Position numbers and translations under genes: made by a program
Shown: piece after piece, positions 49,857 to 61,200 of the stretch
Position numbering within the stretch: position 1 is the first letter of the stretch
Layout of the letters: the number at the start of each line of letters is the position of its first letter
Source: a virus
IMG/VR virus record: IMGVR_UViG_3300044712_000792
Span: 1 to 64,000 of that record
Strand: one strand, 5' to 3'
DNA length: 64,000 bases
The notes under the pieces: generated by a model
Told to the model about the DNA's origin: nothing
Seen by the model: the letters and a program-made list of their open reading frames with translations, nothing else
Databases searched by the model: none

Positions 49857-52800
49857 GAAAACTTATTACCGAAGCGTCTCTTAAAGAATGGTATGCTAAA
49901 TTTGGCGTTACTGCTGATGAAAAAGCTATTTATGATGATATAATAGCTAAACAACCATATATGCAAAAGTATATTGGCAGAATTGTAAAATGGCATAAAG
50001 TTGATAGAGAAAAGCTAAAGGATATTATTGACAACCTAATCAAGTTTGATGAGAACATTAAGAATATTGCAGATAGAGATATATACTCAAAGAAATATGA
50101 GTTCCTAGATGCAGTAAAAGAAGTCATTGAGAACCTACCAAAATGGTTTGATAGGCTTAATATACCGAAAGAGTTTGAGAAGATATTGGCAAGACACCCT
50201 AAAGATGCCTTTAAACTCACAGAAACAGCCGATTACTTCGTGTTCTATATAGGGTCATATGATGCCTCTACCGACCTTTGTTATTACCCAAGGCTTTATA
50301 CTGACTATTTACTATCAATTCACACTCCTAGCACAAATAATGGTTGGTGTATAGGACAGCCTAATACTAGAGGCTTCTTTGACGGACAGAGGGGTTCAGA
50401 TGGGTTATATTTCCTAGTTCAATATAAGACCACTTTCAAAAAAAGCTGTATCTATATTCTTCATTCTGATGGTAGTTTCCGTAGGCATAATGTCCATAAT
50501 TACCCTGGTAGTGGTTTTCCTGATGAACAAGAACCTGGTATAATGAAGATGGCATTTGACGACGAAAGGATAGTGAAAATATTTGCGGAACAAAAAAGGT
50601 ATGCTTATCGTATGATTATAGATTTCATCTCTTGGAAAGTTATTGGTGGTATGGAAATCAAAAGTGATTTTGATGTATTACTAAATGTCCTAAATGACAA
50701 ATATCAACTTGGTTTGACGGATGAACAAAAAGCAAAATTAAAAGATTTTAATGCAACATTAAACTCTGGTGCGTGGACATCTTCTAGAAACATAATCAAT
50801 AGAATTTCGGCACATCCCAAGATAGAAAGATATTTCTTATGGATGTCTGCTGGTTATGGCGATTATACTTTAGACAAACCAGTAATGGCGTATTTTGAAA
50901 TGATTTATAAGTGTAAAAACCTTACTAATGATATGAAACAGCAACTTACTAATAGACCTGCTGGACACATTAAATTAAACCAAGATATTACCTATGATGA
51001 CCTTATAGCTAGCCCAGAAACTCAAATACCTGTAGATAACTTAAAAGACTTTTACAGTTTTGTTCTACCATATATAGACAAGAGTGATAAAACTAATCTA
51101 CCTAAAGCGGTTTTACTTTATAATAAACTTATTGGGGAGGGTAGAAGGGATAAATTTATTGATGATAGTGGTCGTTTTATGGTTAGAGGACTTAATGTTG
51201 ACTTGTTAATTTCTTTATTTGAAGCTGTTCTAGAAAATCCAAGGATACTTTTTAAGACTTGGGCTAAAGAAACAACCCCAAACAATGACTATGAAAACAT
51301 TATACTTGAGATTATAAGAAAAGATTTGTTTAGAGGAAAGCCTTTAACCCCAGAAGTTATTAAAGCACTTGATATTTCAATGATTGATTCTATGAAAGAG
51401 AAACTAGGAACAGTATTTTCAAGTACAAGTATGATTAATGACGCCTTATATTTCTTTTGTTTATTCCCACAAACTTCAGATAATTATAAGATATTTTCTC
51501 ATATAGCAAGAAATTACCATGATGTTCCTTATGAGGATATGAGAGATTTGTTGAATGTTTTGACACCACAACAAATAAAAGAATTCAATTATTGTTTAGA
51601 CCCAGACCATTTTGGATATACTTACGATAAAGATATGATGAGAAGGATATATGTTATCTTTGGTGCTGAACAAAAAGAGTTCCCCACAGATGTAACAAGG
51701 CGTTTGATGCAAGCAGGTTTAACTAAAAGTAATGGGAGTTGTTTTGCAATTGCTTGTAAAGAAATATTAGGAATGACCACCACAGCCTCATCAGTTTTAA
51801 ATACAACATTAAACAATAGTCCTATGGAATATATAACAGTTAATACATATAAAAGGGCTAAAGTTGTTGCAGAAAAGATTGTTGGTTCTTTGAGTTTAAT
51901 CCCCGGCACTATTTCCTTTAGGTTTAGTAGTAACTGTAGCTTCTTTAATATTGACAATGTGTTAGCATTAAAAGAGCAAGAATTGGCTAATGCTATAATC
52001 TATTCTAGCGGTATTCCAGGGGAATCAGTTTATTTAATGCCGTTCTTGAGAGAGTTTTCACCTGAATTTATTGCTACACTAATAGATTTACAAAATAATA
52101 GTTTGGATATAGAAGACTATTATGTTGCTCTAGAGGTCTTCTTGAACTTAAAAAAGATACTAGTTGAAGAAGAAAAAATATTAAAATTTTTAGGGACAAT
52201 AAATAGACTTGATAGTTCCTTATTGCTAGCAAGTACTGTTGAAGAATTAGAACAAGCAAAATTGTTTGTTGGTATTGCTATGTCTTTCCCAGATGTAGAG
52301 ACAAAGAAAACATTATTGAAGGCTATTGCTGGTGCTGAAAAAGAATTGTTATTTGCCTTTAAGGTTCACAGTCTAATACTAACGAAAGAAGTTATTGACC
52401 TGTTCTTAAGCAAAAAAGAGGAGTTAATAAAAGCATATAACAATAACTTCATTTTCAATTGTGAGTATAGTGGAGATAAAGCTAAACAGAAAATATCCCG
52501 TTTTTTTATGCCTATGATTAATACATATTTACACAATTTTTGGACAAACTACTATAATCCAGAATACATAAATGCATTAAATAACTTTGATTTTGAAAAA
52601 ACATATCCTATTTTGATGAGTATATGTGGTGGTTCAATAAGGAATTCTTCTTGCCCTCTAATTAGTGCTTTTGTCCCTGGCACTGGAACTTTAGTCGGAA
52701 CACTAGAAAAAAACCTTAAAAAATATGAAGAATTTGTATTAACACAAGCAGAGAAATTGAATGTATTAATTAAAAACTCAAAATTCAGCGGTATATTACT

Positions 52801-53980
52801 TACTTCTGGTGATAGGAATACTTATAGAGTGATAAAATATGCGGATTGGATTATAACATATTCTGATACTACAGTAATTAATACTGTGTTATATTACATT
52901 ATGTATAGTACACAAAGTTCTATAGATGACACCATTAATTTGCTTGCAACGGCTGGAATTAAGCATCAAGGCTATGCCGTACATCACACCATCCGACCAT
53001 ATCTTGATAATATAGAACTCATTAAAGGTCTTGATAGCTTCTTACCAGAGATATTCAAAGAATTTAGTTTCTCATATGATTCAGACACAGAAAAAAGTTC
53101 AATGTTTGCACAATTATTACGAACAAAAACAGCACCAGAAATTATAGAAATTATCAAAGAAAAGGGTGCTGTTGAAAAGGCTGTAAGAGAATCAGCACAA
53201 AAAAGCTATAACGAAGCCATTAAGGAAACATTAAAGGGTAATGTGATATTTAAGGAAACAAATGAGAATCTGTATGTTTATAGGTTGGCTACTTCAAACA
53301 ATTTGATATTTAAAAAGCATGCTGGTAGCTTGCCAGATATTTCACAAGAATATTTTTCATTTATGATTGTAAACAAGGAAAACGAGATTGAGAATTGTCA
53401 TTATCAAATGGGTTCAGATTTAAGACTTAAGCAAACATCTAACACAGCTTGTTCTGTTTCTGGGGATTTGAAAACATCTTTTATAGAATGGGCACAAACA
53501 CCAGAAGGTTTTAGTATAGTGTTAGCAACCCCAATAAGAAGCGATGTGTTTATGGCTGTGTATGGCAATAACAATGAACTAGTTATGGAAAAAATGCTAG
53601 CTTTAGAACTCTATGTTTCTGTTAGCTTTGATGATTGTATGTCAATATTCCAGTTGATAAGAGGACAAAAAGTGGTGGATGATGAATTGATGAATTACCT
53701 TATGGAGAAGGCTGATGTTAAACAGACATATAGAAAGGCTACTGATGGATTGCCTAACAAAGCATTTTATGTTGATTGTGCTGTGATTTGTTGTATAGCT
53801 AGGAACGACGCTAGTACTAATATTGATGATGTTAAAACGGCATTATCACCAAGAACTGATTTTGATGCAATAGCAATGAAGGTATTTGATGTGCCAGAAA
53901 TAACAAATGCTGTCATAGATGGATTACACCTTGACGATGACCACAAGGCTATGTTAAGAAAAATGAGAGCTAACTTTTAG
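49850..53980 (+). CDS. Giant hypothetical protein, paralog 3 of 3 (more divergent)
   Basis: 1376 aa; LITEA, MQKY, YIGS, WCIG, IKHQGYA. Confidence 0.85.
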   Translation: MVRKLITEASLKEWYAKFGVTADEKAIYDDIIAKQPYMQKYIGRIVKWHKVDREKLKDIIDNLIKFDENIKNIADRDIYSKKYEFLDAVKEVIENLPKWFDRLNIPKEFEKILARHPKDAFKLTETADYFVFYIGSYDASTDLCYYPRLYTDYLLSIHTPSTNNGWCIGQPNTRGFFDGQRGSDGLYFLVQYKTTFKKSCIYILHSDGSFRRHNVHNYPGSGFPDEQEPGIMKMAFDDERIVKIFAEQKRYAYRMIIDFISWKVIGGMEIKSDFDVLLNVLNDKYQLGLTDEQKAKLKDFNATLNSGAWTSSRNIINRISAHPKIERYFLWMSAGYGDYTLDKPVMAYFEMIYKCKNLTNDMKQQLTNRPAGHIKLNQDITYDDLIASPETQIPVDNLKDFYSFVLPYIDKSDKTNLPKAVLLYNKLIGEGRRDKFIDDSGRFMVRGLNVDLLISLFEAVLENPRILFKTWAKETTPNNDYENIILEIIRKDLFRGKPLTPEVIKALDISMIDSMKEKLGTVFSSTSMINDALYFFCLFPQTSDNYKIFSHIARNYHDVPYEDMRDLLNVLTPQQIKEFNYCLDPDHFGYTYDKDMMRRIYVIFGAEQKEFPTDVTRRLMQAGLTKSNGSCFAIACKEILGMTTTASSVLNTTLNNSPMEYITVNTYKRAKVVAEKIVGSLSLIPGTISFRFSSNCSFFNIDNVLALKEQELANAIIYSSGIPGESVYLMPFLREFSPEFIATLIDLQNNSLDIEDYYVALEVFLNLKKILVEEEKILKFLGTINRLDSSLLLASTVEELEQAKLFVGIAMSFPDVETKKTLLKAIAGAEKELLFAFKVHSLILTKEVIDLFLSKKEELIKAYNNNFIFNCEYSGDKAKQKISRFFMPMINTYLHNFWTNYYNPEYINALNNFDFEKTYPILMSICGGSIRNSSCPLISAFVPGTGTLVGTLEKNLKKYEEFVLTQAEKLNVLIKNSKFSGILLTSGDRNTYRVIKYADWIITYSDTTVINTVLYYIMYSTQSSIDDTINLLATAGIKHQGYAVHHTIRPYLDNIELIKGLDSFLPEIFKEFSFSYDSDTEKSSMFAQLLRTKTAPEIIEIIKEKGAVEKAVRESAQKSYNEAIKETLKGNVIFKETNENLYVYRLATSNNLIFKKHAGSLPDISQEYFSFMIVNKENEIENCHYQMGSDLRLKQTSNTACSVSGDLKTSFIEWAQTPEGFSIVLATPIRSDVFMAVYGNNNELVMEKMLALELYVSVSFDDCMSIFQLIRGQKVVDDELMNYLMEKADVKQTYRKATDGLPNKAFYVDCAVICCIARNDASTNIDDVKTALSPRTDFDAIAMKVFDVPEITNAVIDGLHLDDDHKAMLRKMRANF

Positions 53981-56375
53981 ACTGTTTTTCAAAATCGGCT
54001 GTGCTATTGATATTTAGCTTCTTTATGGAGAAGTTCTTAACATTAACAGCAAAGTTCTTATCACCTGTTCTATACCATTTGCGATTTGAAGCTATCTTTT
54101 CTTTGACTGTTTCAAGTGTAATCTCTTCCCCTGCTGAAGCCATTTCTAATACTTGGCTTCTAACCATATCACCGCCAAATTTAGTGGCTAACAAAGCTAC
54201 ATCTTTCCTAGCTTGCACATCTTCTATGTCATCCATTTTAGAGAAATTTTCGCAGTAATTGGTTAGGATTTCTTTTGTTGTTTGTGTCTGTGAATTGTAG
54301 TATTGTTGTATGGAATTCTGTGAGGTATTAGCCCCTAGATTTTGTGGGTTATCATAAGACTTACCACCAGCATTAGTCTGTATTGTATTTGAAATATTTG
54401 CTAGTTCCTCATTAGAGAATAGACCTAGAACACCACTATAAATACTACTTAATTCGCTTATAATACCACCAATCAAATTTCCAAAAATGGCGGCGATACC
54501 CAAAGCACCCAATAACCATTCAAGGTAATTAGTTATCTTTAAGAAGGTTAAAGCTTGCTTTCTAGGAATAATGTCAACACTTATGGAAGATGGTGTTTCA
54601 ACTAAACCCGTGGTTGAATTAAACTTAATACCACTTGAACTTGTTTGCAGTTCTGGTCCTACACATCCATCATCAGGACCTAAATTGGCAATTTTTAAAA
54701 CCTTTAATTGATGTGTCCACATACCTTCATTCAATGTTTCTGATATACCATTAATCATATATATCCCTCTTATCCAAGGCAATAACGCTGGTGAGTATTC
54801 ATCAAAATCAATAGCGATAACTGTTCCTATCATAGTGCATAAGTCGGGGTCTCCAAGAACTTCTAAATTTCCACCAATACCTAACATAGCTACACTATCT
54901 ACGGACTTAACAGAATCCGCCTGCGCTTCATTAGTAGTGTCTTCTGGATTTGCTGGTGAATCTGTTTTAGGTAATGGTTTACAAGCAGCACCACCTTCTC
55001 CAGCAATTTGTTGCGTTCCTGTTGTTGTAGAATTTTCTTTCGGTAAATCTGTTTCTGGTATCTTTTGTTTTGGTATATTTTGAGGGCCGCCTCTAGCCAC
55101 ATATAGTCCGAACACATTATTAGAATCTAAATCAAATCTAATTACTGTAGCGTGTGGACTTCTTATTGGAGTGGCATATATGAAGTATTTTATTACTTCT
55201 TGCTTACCTGGGATAGTATCAGAACTTATAGCAGTTTCTTCAGGGGCAACTGTAATAGCACAAAAAGTTGAATTCTTGGGAACACGAAAACTTTTTTTAT
55301 CCTCTTCACCGATTCGTATTTTAAAAGCATCTGTGTCCGCAATGGTTGTCATCTGTACCCAACTCTCCCCATCAAAAACAAGATAATCAGTAGGGCTACC
55401 AGTCATACGACTACCAACAGTCATTTCTTTGAATTCATATTTTACCTTTTCTTCTGTTGGATAATCTGTTTTTACTTTGTCACAAATCCAAGACTTAAAT
55501 GGTGCTGTTCCGGGGTTCCAGTCAGCAAAACTTTTAGCTTTGCCTTTCCAAACAGTAGTATCTCCGTTATAGGCAGATTGTGGCAAAAATGTCTCATTTG
55601 TATTATCTGTAATTAAATAATACTTCCCACTTTTTCCAAATATATCATTACCAGCTTTATGTTGCATTTTCCAAGCTTCTATTAATGCTTGAGGGAATGT
55701 TATATCTCCACTAGCACTATCAGTTCCAGATTGGTTTTGTGAATCTGGCGGTGCTAATTGCCAACAACTTATTGTTGTGTTCATTTTAGTAGAAACTGAA
55801 TCTACAAAAGTAAAGGTATAAGTAGCACCAAAATATTCAACATCTACTGTTAAATCAAACAAAGTCAAATCATCGCCTAAAGGTGCCCCGTAAGTATCTA
55901 GATAAGTTGGGTCACTACTTTGCCAACCATAAACCATACTCATCATCACGCTAGCTTTATCACCATTTTTTAAAGCGTTCATATAGACATTCATTAAAGA
56001 ACAATCTAGTAATCTACCTTGAGGGTCATAAATAATAAGTTTAACGGTATTTCCACCTTCCGATACATTCCTCTCAATATTGACTTGTCTTAAAAAGTTT
56101 CTTGTTTGTTTTCCATCATCTGTAACAAACATTCTATAAATGGCATCATCATACAAAACACTAGACTGTTCTTCACCTTCTTCAACTAAAATATCCCCAG
56201 AAGGGTTTGGGTACAATCTGATATATCCTATTTTATTATCATATTTATCAATCCATTTAAGTATTATGCGAATATCAGTTGTTATTACAGGGATAAAAGT
56301 ATCAGAAGAAACTCTAGTAGCTTCTACTAAAGCTTCATTGTAAAGGGGGTAGCCGAAAGAGAATTGGGTTGCCAT
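53970..56375 (-). CDS. Baseplate hub protein (gp27/gpD-like) with C-terminal extension
   Basis: LEVLGDP...RGIYMINGISETL....WTHQLKVLK typical hub C-terminal strands; follows gp5. Confidence 0.65.
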   Translation of the reverse strand: MATQFSFGYPLYNEALVEATRVSSDTFIPVITTDIRIILKWIDKYDNKIGYIRLYPNPSGDILVEEGEEQSSVLYDDAIYRMFVTDDGKQTRNFLRQVNIERNVSEGGNTVKLIIYDPQGRLLDCSLMNVYMNALKNGDKASVMMSMVYGWQSSDPTYLDTYGAPLGDDLTLFDLTVDVEYFGATYTFTFVDSVSTKMNTTISCWQLAPPDSQNQSGTDSASGDITFPQALIEAWKMQHKAGNDIFGKSGKYYLITDNTNETFLPQSAYNGDTTVWKGKAKSFADWNPGTAPFKSWICDKVKTDYPTEEKVKYEFKEMTVGSRMTGSPTDYLVFDGESWVQMTTIADTDAFKIRIGEEDKKSFRVPKNSTFCAITVAPEETAISSDTIPGKQEVIKYFIYATPIRSPHATVIRFDLDSNNVFGLYVARGGPQNIPKQKIPETDLPKENSTTTGTQQIAGEGGAACKPLPKTDSPANPEDTTNEAQADSVKSVDSVAMLGIGGNLEVLGDPDLCTMIGTVIAIDFDEYSPALLPWIRGIYMINGISETLNEGMWTHQLKVLKIANLGPDDGCVGPELQTSSSGIKFNSTTGLVETPSSISVDIIPRKQALTFLKITNYLEWLLGALGIAAIFGNLIGGIISELSSIYSGVLGLFSNEELANISNTIQTNAGGKSYDNPQNLGANTSQNSIQQYYNSQTQTTKEILTNYCENFSKMDDIEDVQARKDVALLATKFGGDMVRSQVLEMASAGEEITLETVKEKIASNRKWYRTGDKNFAVNVKNFSIKKLNINSTADFEKQSKS

Positions 56376-57328
56376 TATATTATACTCAAACTTCCTGTAA
56401 GTGTAGCCATACCAGTAATTTTAATGGTTGGGGCAGTTATGGTTAATAGAGGGGTTGTCATTGTTATTGAAGTGGTGGCGGTGTCAGTAATTGTAGTGCC
56501 TTCAATAGAGGTCATACAAGATTCATTTCCTACCATAGTTTGAACCATACCTTGAACTGTTGAATTTTGAGTTCCTGTGATAGAACAATCTTGCGTGGCT
56601 ATGGCAGTAATATCTTCTTTAGCTGTCATAAATATGTTCTTTGCCATTAATGTTAAAGTCTCTTTACACATAATAGTAATATTGTCATTTTCGGCATCCA
56701 TAAGGATTGTATTACCATGTTTATCAAGTGCTTGGATTCTACAACCCTTTTGCCCTTCGTAAATAGTGATTTCATTGCCTTTAGCACCACAACAAGTAAT
56801 AAGTTCTTCGTCTTTCTGGTCAGAGATTATAACCTTACGATTACCTGGGGTTCTTAACTCTATTTGATAATGGTCTTTTTCTTCTCTGCATTGTATTATA
56901 TGACCGTTTGGAGTCTGCCAACCCCAAGCATTAGGAACTACACCATCTCCTTCATATCTGTCATAAGCCTCAATAGATTTAGTATCTTGCTGATACCACC
57001 CACCAATTATTACAGCATTGTCATTGGCATTTACCGAAGGTTCAAATAAAACGAATACTTTTGCACCAGTAGGATAAGGTAGGTAAGAACCATACTTTTT
57101 ACCGCTCTCCTGACCTCCACCAAAGGCATTCATTGTCCAAGCCCATACCGATTGCTTGTCTGGAGCTATAGATGGCGTTAAACCCTCAATAAGCACCTTA
57201 ACACGCCCAAACTTGTCTGGGTCTACATTGTCAACTATTACACCACGATACAGAACTCCTCTTTTGGGGAATTCAGCATCTTGGTTAATCCATTTAAAAT
57301 ATTTTGCTTGTAATGCATCAACAGGCAT
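56375..57328 (-). CDS. Baseplate central spike (gp5/gpV/VgrG OB fold + beta-helix)
   Basis: YRGVIVDNVDPDKFGRVKV, P.GA.VFVLFE, IIGG, TPNGH, repetitive Thr/Ile beta C-terminus. Confidence 0.9.
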   Translation of the reverse strand: MPVDALQAKYFKWINQDAEFPKRGVLYRGVIVDNVDPDKFGRVKVLIEGLTPSIAPDKQSVWAWTMNAFGGGQESGKKYGSYLPYPTGAKVFVLFEPSVNANDNAVIIGGWYQQDTKSIEAYDRYEGDGVVPNAWGWQTPNGHIIQCREEKDHYQIELRTPGNRKVIISDQKDEELITCCGAKGNEITIYEGQKGCRIQALDKHGNTILMDAENDNITIMCKETLTLMAKNIFMTAKEDITAIATQDCSITGTQNSTVQGMVQTMVGNESCMTSIEGTTITDTATTSITMTTPLLTITAPTIKITGMATLTGSLSII

Positions 57329-57349
57329 TATTTATCCTTTCAAATTATA

Positions 57350-57817
57350 TTACTTTGCCCCTAATTCAAGTAATTTTGCCTTAATTTTTTCAAGAGGTGC
57401 TATATCACTATGTTGAGTATTTTTGATGTTATTCAATACTCTATTTACTCGCCCTAAAATAGTCTCAAACGATTCTTTTGATATATGGTTTATGTTTATA
57501 TTTATGTTATGTTCTTTTGCCATATTTAACAAAGTAAGAGTATTCTTATGTTTGTTCCAAGATACAGATAAATATAAAACACTATTACCAGCTTTAGTTA
57601 CATAAGCCAAGTTGGTCTTTAAAGTATCTGCGTTTCTTATAAGGATATCTGCCATTTTATCCTGAATACCAGGTTGGTAACTCATACATACTAGGAGTGG
57701 GGGATAATCATTGACCGTTCGTTTGTAGTTTACATTAACCCCTTCTTCAATACAGCAAATAAATTCGTAGAAATTACCATCGTTAATTGCTTTTAGAAAT
57801 CTCTCTTCTAGTTTCAT
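57350..57817 (-). CDS. Ankyrin-repeat protein
   Basis: IEEGVNVN, PPLL, GNSVLYLS, LLELGAK. Confidence 0.8.
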   Translation of the reverse strand: MKLEERFLKAINDGNFYEFICCIEEGVNVNYKRTVNDYPPLLVCMSYQPGIQDKMADILIRNADTLKTNLAYVTKAGNSVLYLSVSWNKHKNTLTLLNMAKEHNINININHISKESFETILGRVNRVLNNIKNTQHSDIAPLEKIKAKLLELGAK

Positions 57818-58290
57818 TTTTTCAACTCTTTTTTTCTTTTAGCACCGAGTTCTACCAATTTCTCCCTAACTTGTTCAATATCATGTTCTCTCCACCCTGC
57901 TGGTAAATCGTGATACATAATATCTAAAGGAGTTGCATTCACATCATTGCTTACATTATTAACATTTAATCCTATTCTTTTAGCGTTATTTAACAAGTAC
58001 AAAGTGAATTCCAAGTTAGCTTTGTACAACGACCAACTTAATACGGTATTGCCTCCAAGAGTTCTTTGGTTGACAGCTAACTTTAATTTGTCAGCACTAT
58101 CTATCAATAACATAGCAAATTTGGTTCTGTATCTGTCTATACAAGAAACAAGTATTGGCTGGCCAAACTGTAAACCATATTCATTAACATTTATACCACT
58201 TTCAACACACATAATAAACTTATATATGTTATTATTAATAATGGCTTCGTGTAAATCGTATAAGTTATACTTATACTCCTTTATTTTCAC
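57814..58290 (-). CDS. Ankyrin-repeat protein
   Basis: VESGINVN, GNTVLSWS, ATPLDI, LVELGAK. Confidence 0.85.
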   Translation of the reverse strand: MKIKEYKYNLYDLHEAIINNNIYKFIMCVESGINVNEYGLQFGQPILVSCIDRYRTKFAMLLIDSADKLKLAVNQRTLGGNTVLSWSLYKANLEFTLYLLNNAKRIGLNVNNVSNDVNATPLDIMYHDLPAGWREHDIEQVREKLVELGAKRKKELKK

Positions 58291-61200
58291 TTATATCTCC
58301 AACACAAATACTTGTTGCATAACTTGATATTCTCCTTGGTATTTCGGGAATAAGACCACCTTTATTATGTTCTCTCCTGCTATTAAATAAGAGATAAGGT
58401 CTATTGTGGTGGACATACTAGTATGTAGCTTACTCAATGAACCAAATGTACCACTAGCAAATAGGTCTACATCATTAACAAAAACTGAAATATTCTTGAA
58501 AATACCTTGTTCTATTGAGTTCACATATAGAACTTCTCCTAATATAGAGAATACACCAAGACATTGTTTCGGTTCATTAATTGTAACAGGAATCCTAGTC
58601 AATCCTCCAAGTTTTCCATACCACTTTCTATTATAGAAGCCGTCCTTATCTACAAACAAGCAATCTCCTTCTGCTGGAACTTTTAAGTAAATGCTTCCAG
58701 AGAAAGAAGTTGTGCCGTAGTTCTTTTGTAGATTTACCATATTCAAATATGAGTTCTTAATCATAGTATATGAATCGGAAGTATCTACAAAATATCCATT
58801 CTTCCATTTGTTCATACCCCAATAATCTTCAATATCGCAATAATAGACAGCAGACTGATTGCTTCTAAATGACAATACGCCATCATAGACATTGTTAAAT
58901 TCTATTGTAGTATTTGGTTCAACATCAATATATGAACCTGAAATTTCTATTACAGACCCATTATACATATTTGCAGATGAAAGAACAACACTATCCTTAA
59001 GTATCTCACCAGTTACGATATAACTAGATGTATCTACTGTAGCTGTTATTACAAATGTTTGGGTTGTTCCAATACTGGTGATAGTTTTCGTAAGAGCTAA
59101 AGGTGTTATAGTTGTAGGGCTAGGACTTATTGTATCATAGCCTGCGGTTGCTGTTCCAGTTCCAGATATTCTAATTAAATTACCAGAAACACTAGGAATT
59201 CCAACTACTGTGAAAAATGCTACTGTTCCACTTAATGTAGTCGTAAGAGTTCCTGTTGCGGCTGTTGTTCCTATTGTGTAAGTATCCCCTGCTGTGGCTT
59301 CCATAGTCCCTGTTGTCGTTATAACATAGCTACTTGTTGTTGCTGGATATGTGAACTTATAGCCATTCTTAACAGCCTTAAAAGTATAAGCCCCAGGATT
59401 TAATGTGAAATTGGCTAATCCGCTAGTATTTGTCCTAAAAACACCAACAACATCATCTGTATTATAATGTGATAACTCTGAAACCAAATCAACATTTTCT
59501 ATTGGATTGGCACTAGCGTCAACAACAGAGATTACACCAGAAGCTGCACTAGTCAAAACATTAGCTGTTATAGTTACTCCTTTATCTGTATTTGTATTGA
59601 CTGTTATAGGTGCGGGCTGTGGAGTTCCATCTATGATAAAGCTATAATAATTCGTTTGTGTTGGGTAGACAAAACATTGTAAGGTATACACATTAGCATC
59701 TTCCACATCAATACTGAAATTACCCGTGGCTGTGGTAGTATCTATTTTAACATATCTATTAAAATCAACTGTGCCAGAATCATTGGTTTTGCTTATGATA
59801 TGGACATAGGCGTTTTTACCTATACCAAGACCATTAACAACACCAGATAGAGTTACTATGTTTGATGCTGAAGAAGGTGCTGTAAAGCTGTAAGTAGTAT
59901 TAGCACCATTAACATATACATCCATAGAAACCGGATAAGCACTAACATCTGTTACGAGTTTGTATAGCCCGTTTTCTGCTGTAATAGTATATGTTCCATT
60001 TCTTGATGTTAAGCTAAAATTGTTTGCCTCATAAGTAGTAATACCTGTTGCTTGTGATGTATCGTAATAGCTTGATTTATAAGACTTTGTAACAGTATAA
60101 TCTACCGAACTTATTGTGGCACTTGAACCTTCCCAAAGACTATCACCCCAAGCATCATTATCTATTTCTGGTGCTACAAATAATACTGTCTTACCATCAC
60201 AAGGTTTATAATCCAAAATCCTATGTGTTGGTGAAAGTCTGTCTGATTGTGATAATTGGAAATAAGGTATGTAAGTAGTATCATAACTTGATGCTGCTGT
60301 TGAATGAACTCCTAGAATTCCTGTTTTAAAATCAACTTCAGTAACGGTAGAAGAATCTCCGGCGGCATTACAAGTTGCGGTTATAACCATAGTTTCGTTT
60401 TTAGGTATCATTGGAACTACTGTTGTTCCTGTTGACATAATCCTATAAAATTCAGCACCACTATTATTTGGAGTTCTGAAAAACATTACTTTATCCCAAT
60501 CGGCATTTGCAGTTACAGTCAATGTAGCAGAGAAATTACTAGCAGCAGTAATAGTTGCTGATTGTATTAGTTCTGATATACCACCACTTGCATACATAAC
60601 CATATACCCAAATCTATAACTACCAGCCACTATGTTTCCACCAGTAGCAGTTGTAACTTGTAATGTAGCTGTGGGTTTTATTGGAACATAGAAATTGCTA
60701 TCCAATGTTAAGTTTGAAATTGTGGTATCTAGAACATCTCCATATTTAGTAAATACTCCAATCATTGGCATATTGGGTGCTATAAACACATCTTTAGCCC
60801 AAGGATAGGTCAATGCCAAATTCTTTCCATATATCTTGTAGTCATTATAATCCAATTCAAGGACAATATCATCAAAATAGAATGGTCTAAAAGTTGCTAT
60901 CGTTGCAGTTCCATCTATTGTTTCAGCAGTATTATATGTTAGTATAGTTTCAGTCCCAGAAGGTGTAGCACTTGTTAAATCAATTAATTGCTTTCTTGAA
61001 TCTTGTAAATAATAATTTATTATGTCTATATCAAGTGGTTGGTCTATTGTAGCTTTGTTGTATGGGGTTGTGTCGTCTAAAGTTAATGTGACTGGTGTTG
61101 TTAAAGATACTTCATAATTCGCATTTACATTAGAGTCTGGTTCTGGTAAACATTCTATTAATTCACTTGTTTCGCTTCTCCACTTCTCCTTATAATCAAA

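Noticed and set aside
41452-53980. Giant ORFs as phage RNA polymerase subunits, tape measure or DarB-like helicase/methylase
   Set aside because: No DxDGD, Walker A, DPPY/NPPF motif or tape-measure periodicity found by eye
41452-53980. Diversity-generating retroelement or invertase shufflon behind the paralogs
   Set aside because: No reverse transcriptase or recombinase in the window and no near-identical DNA repeats; divergence spans the full length
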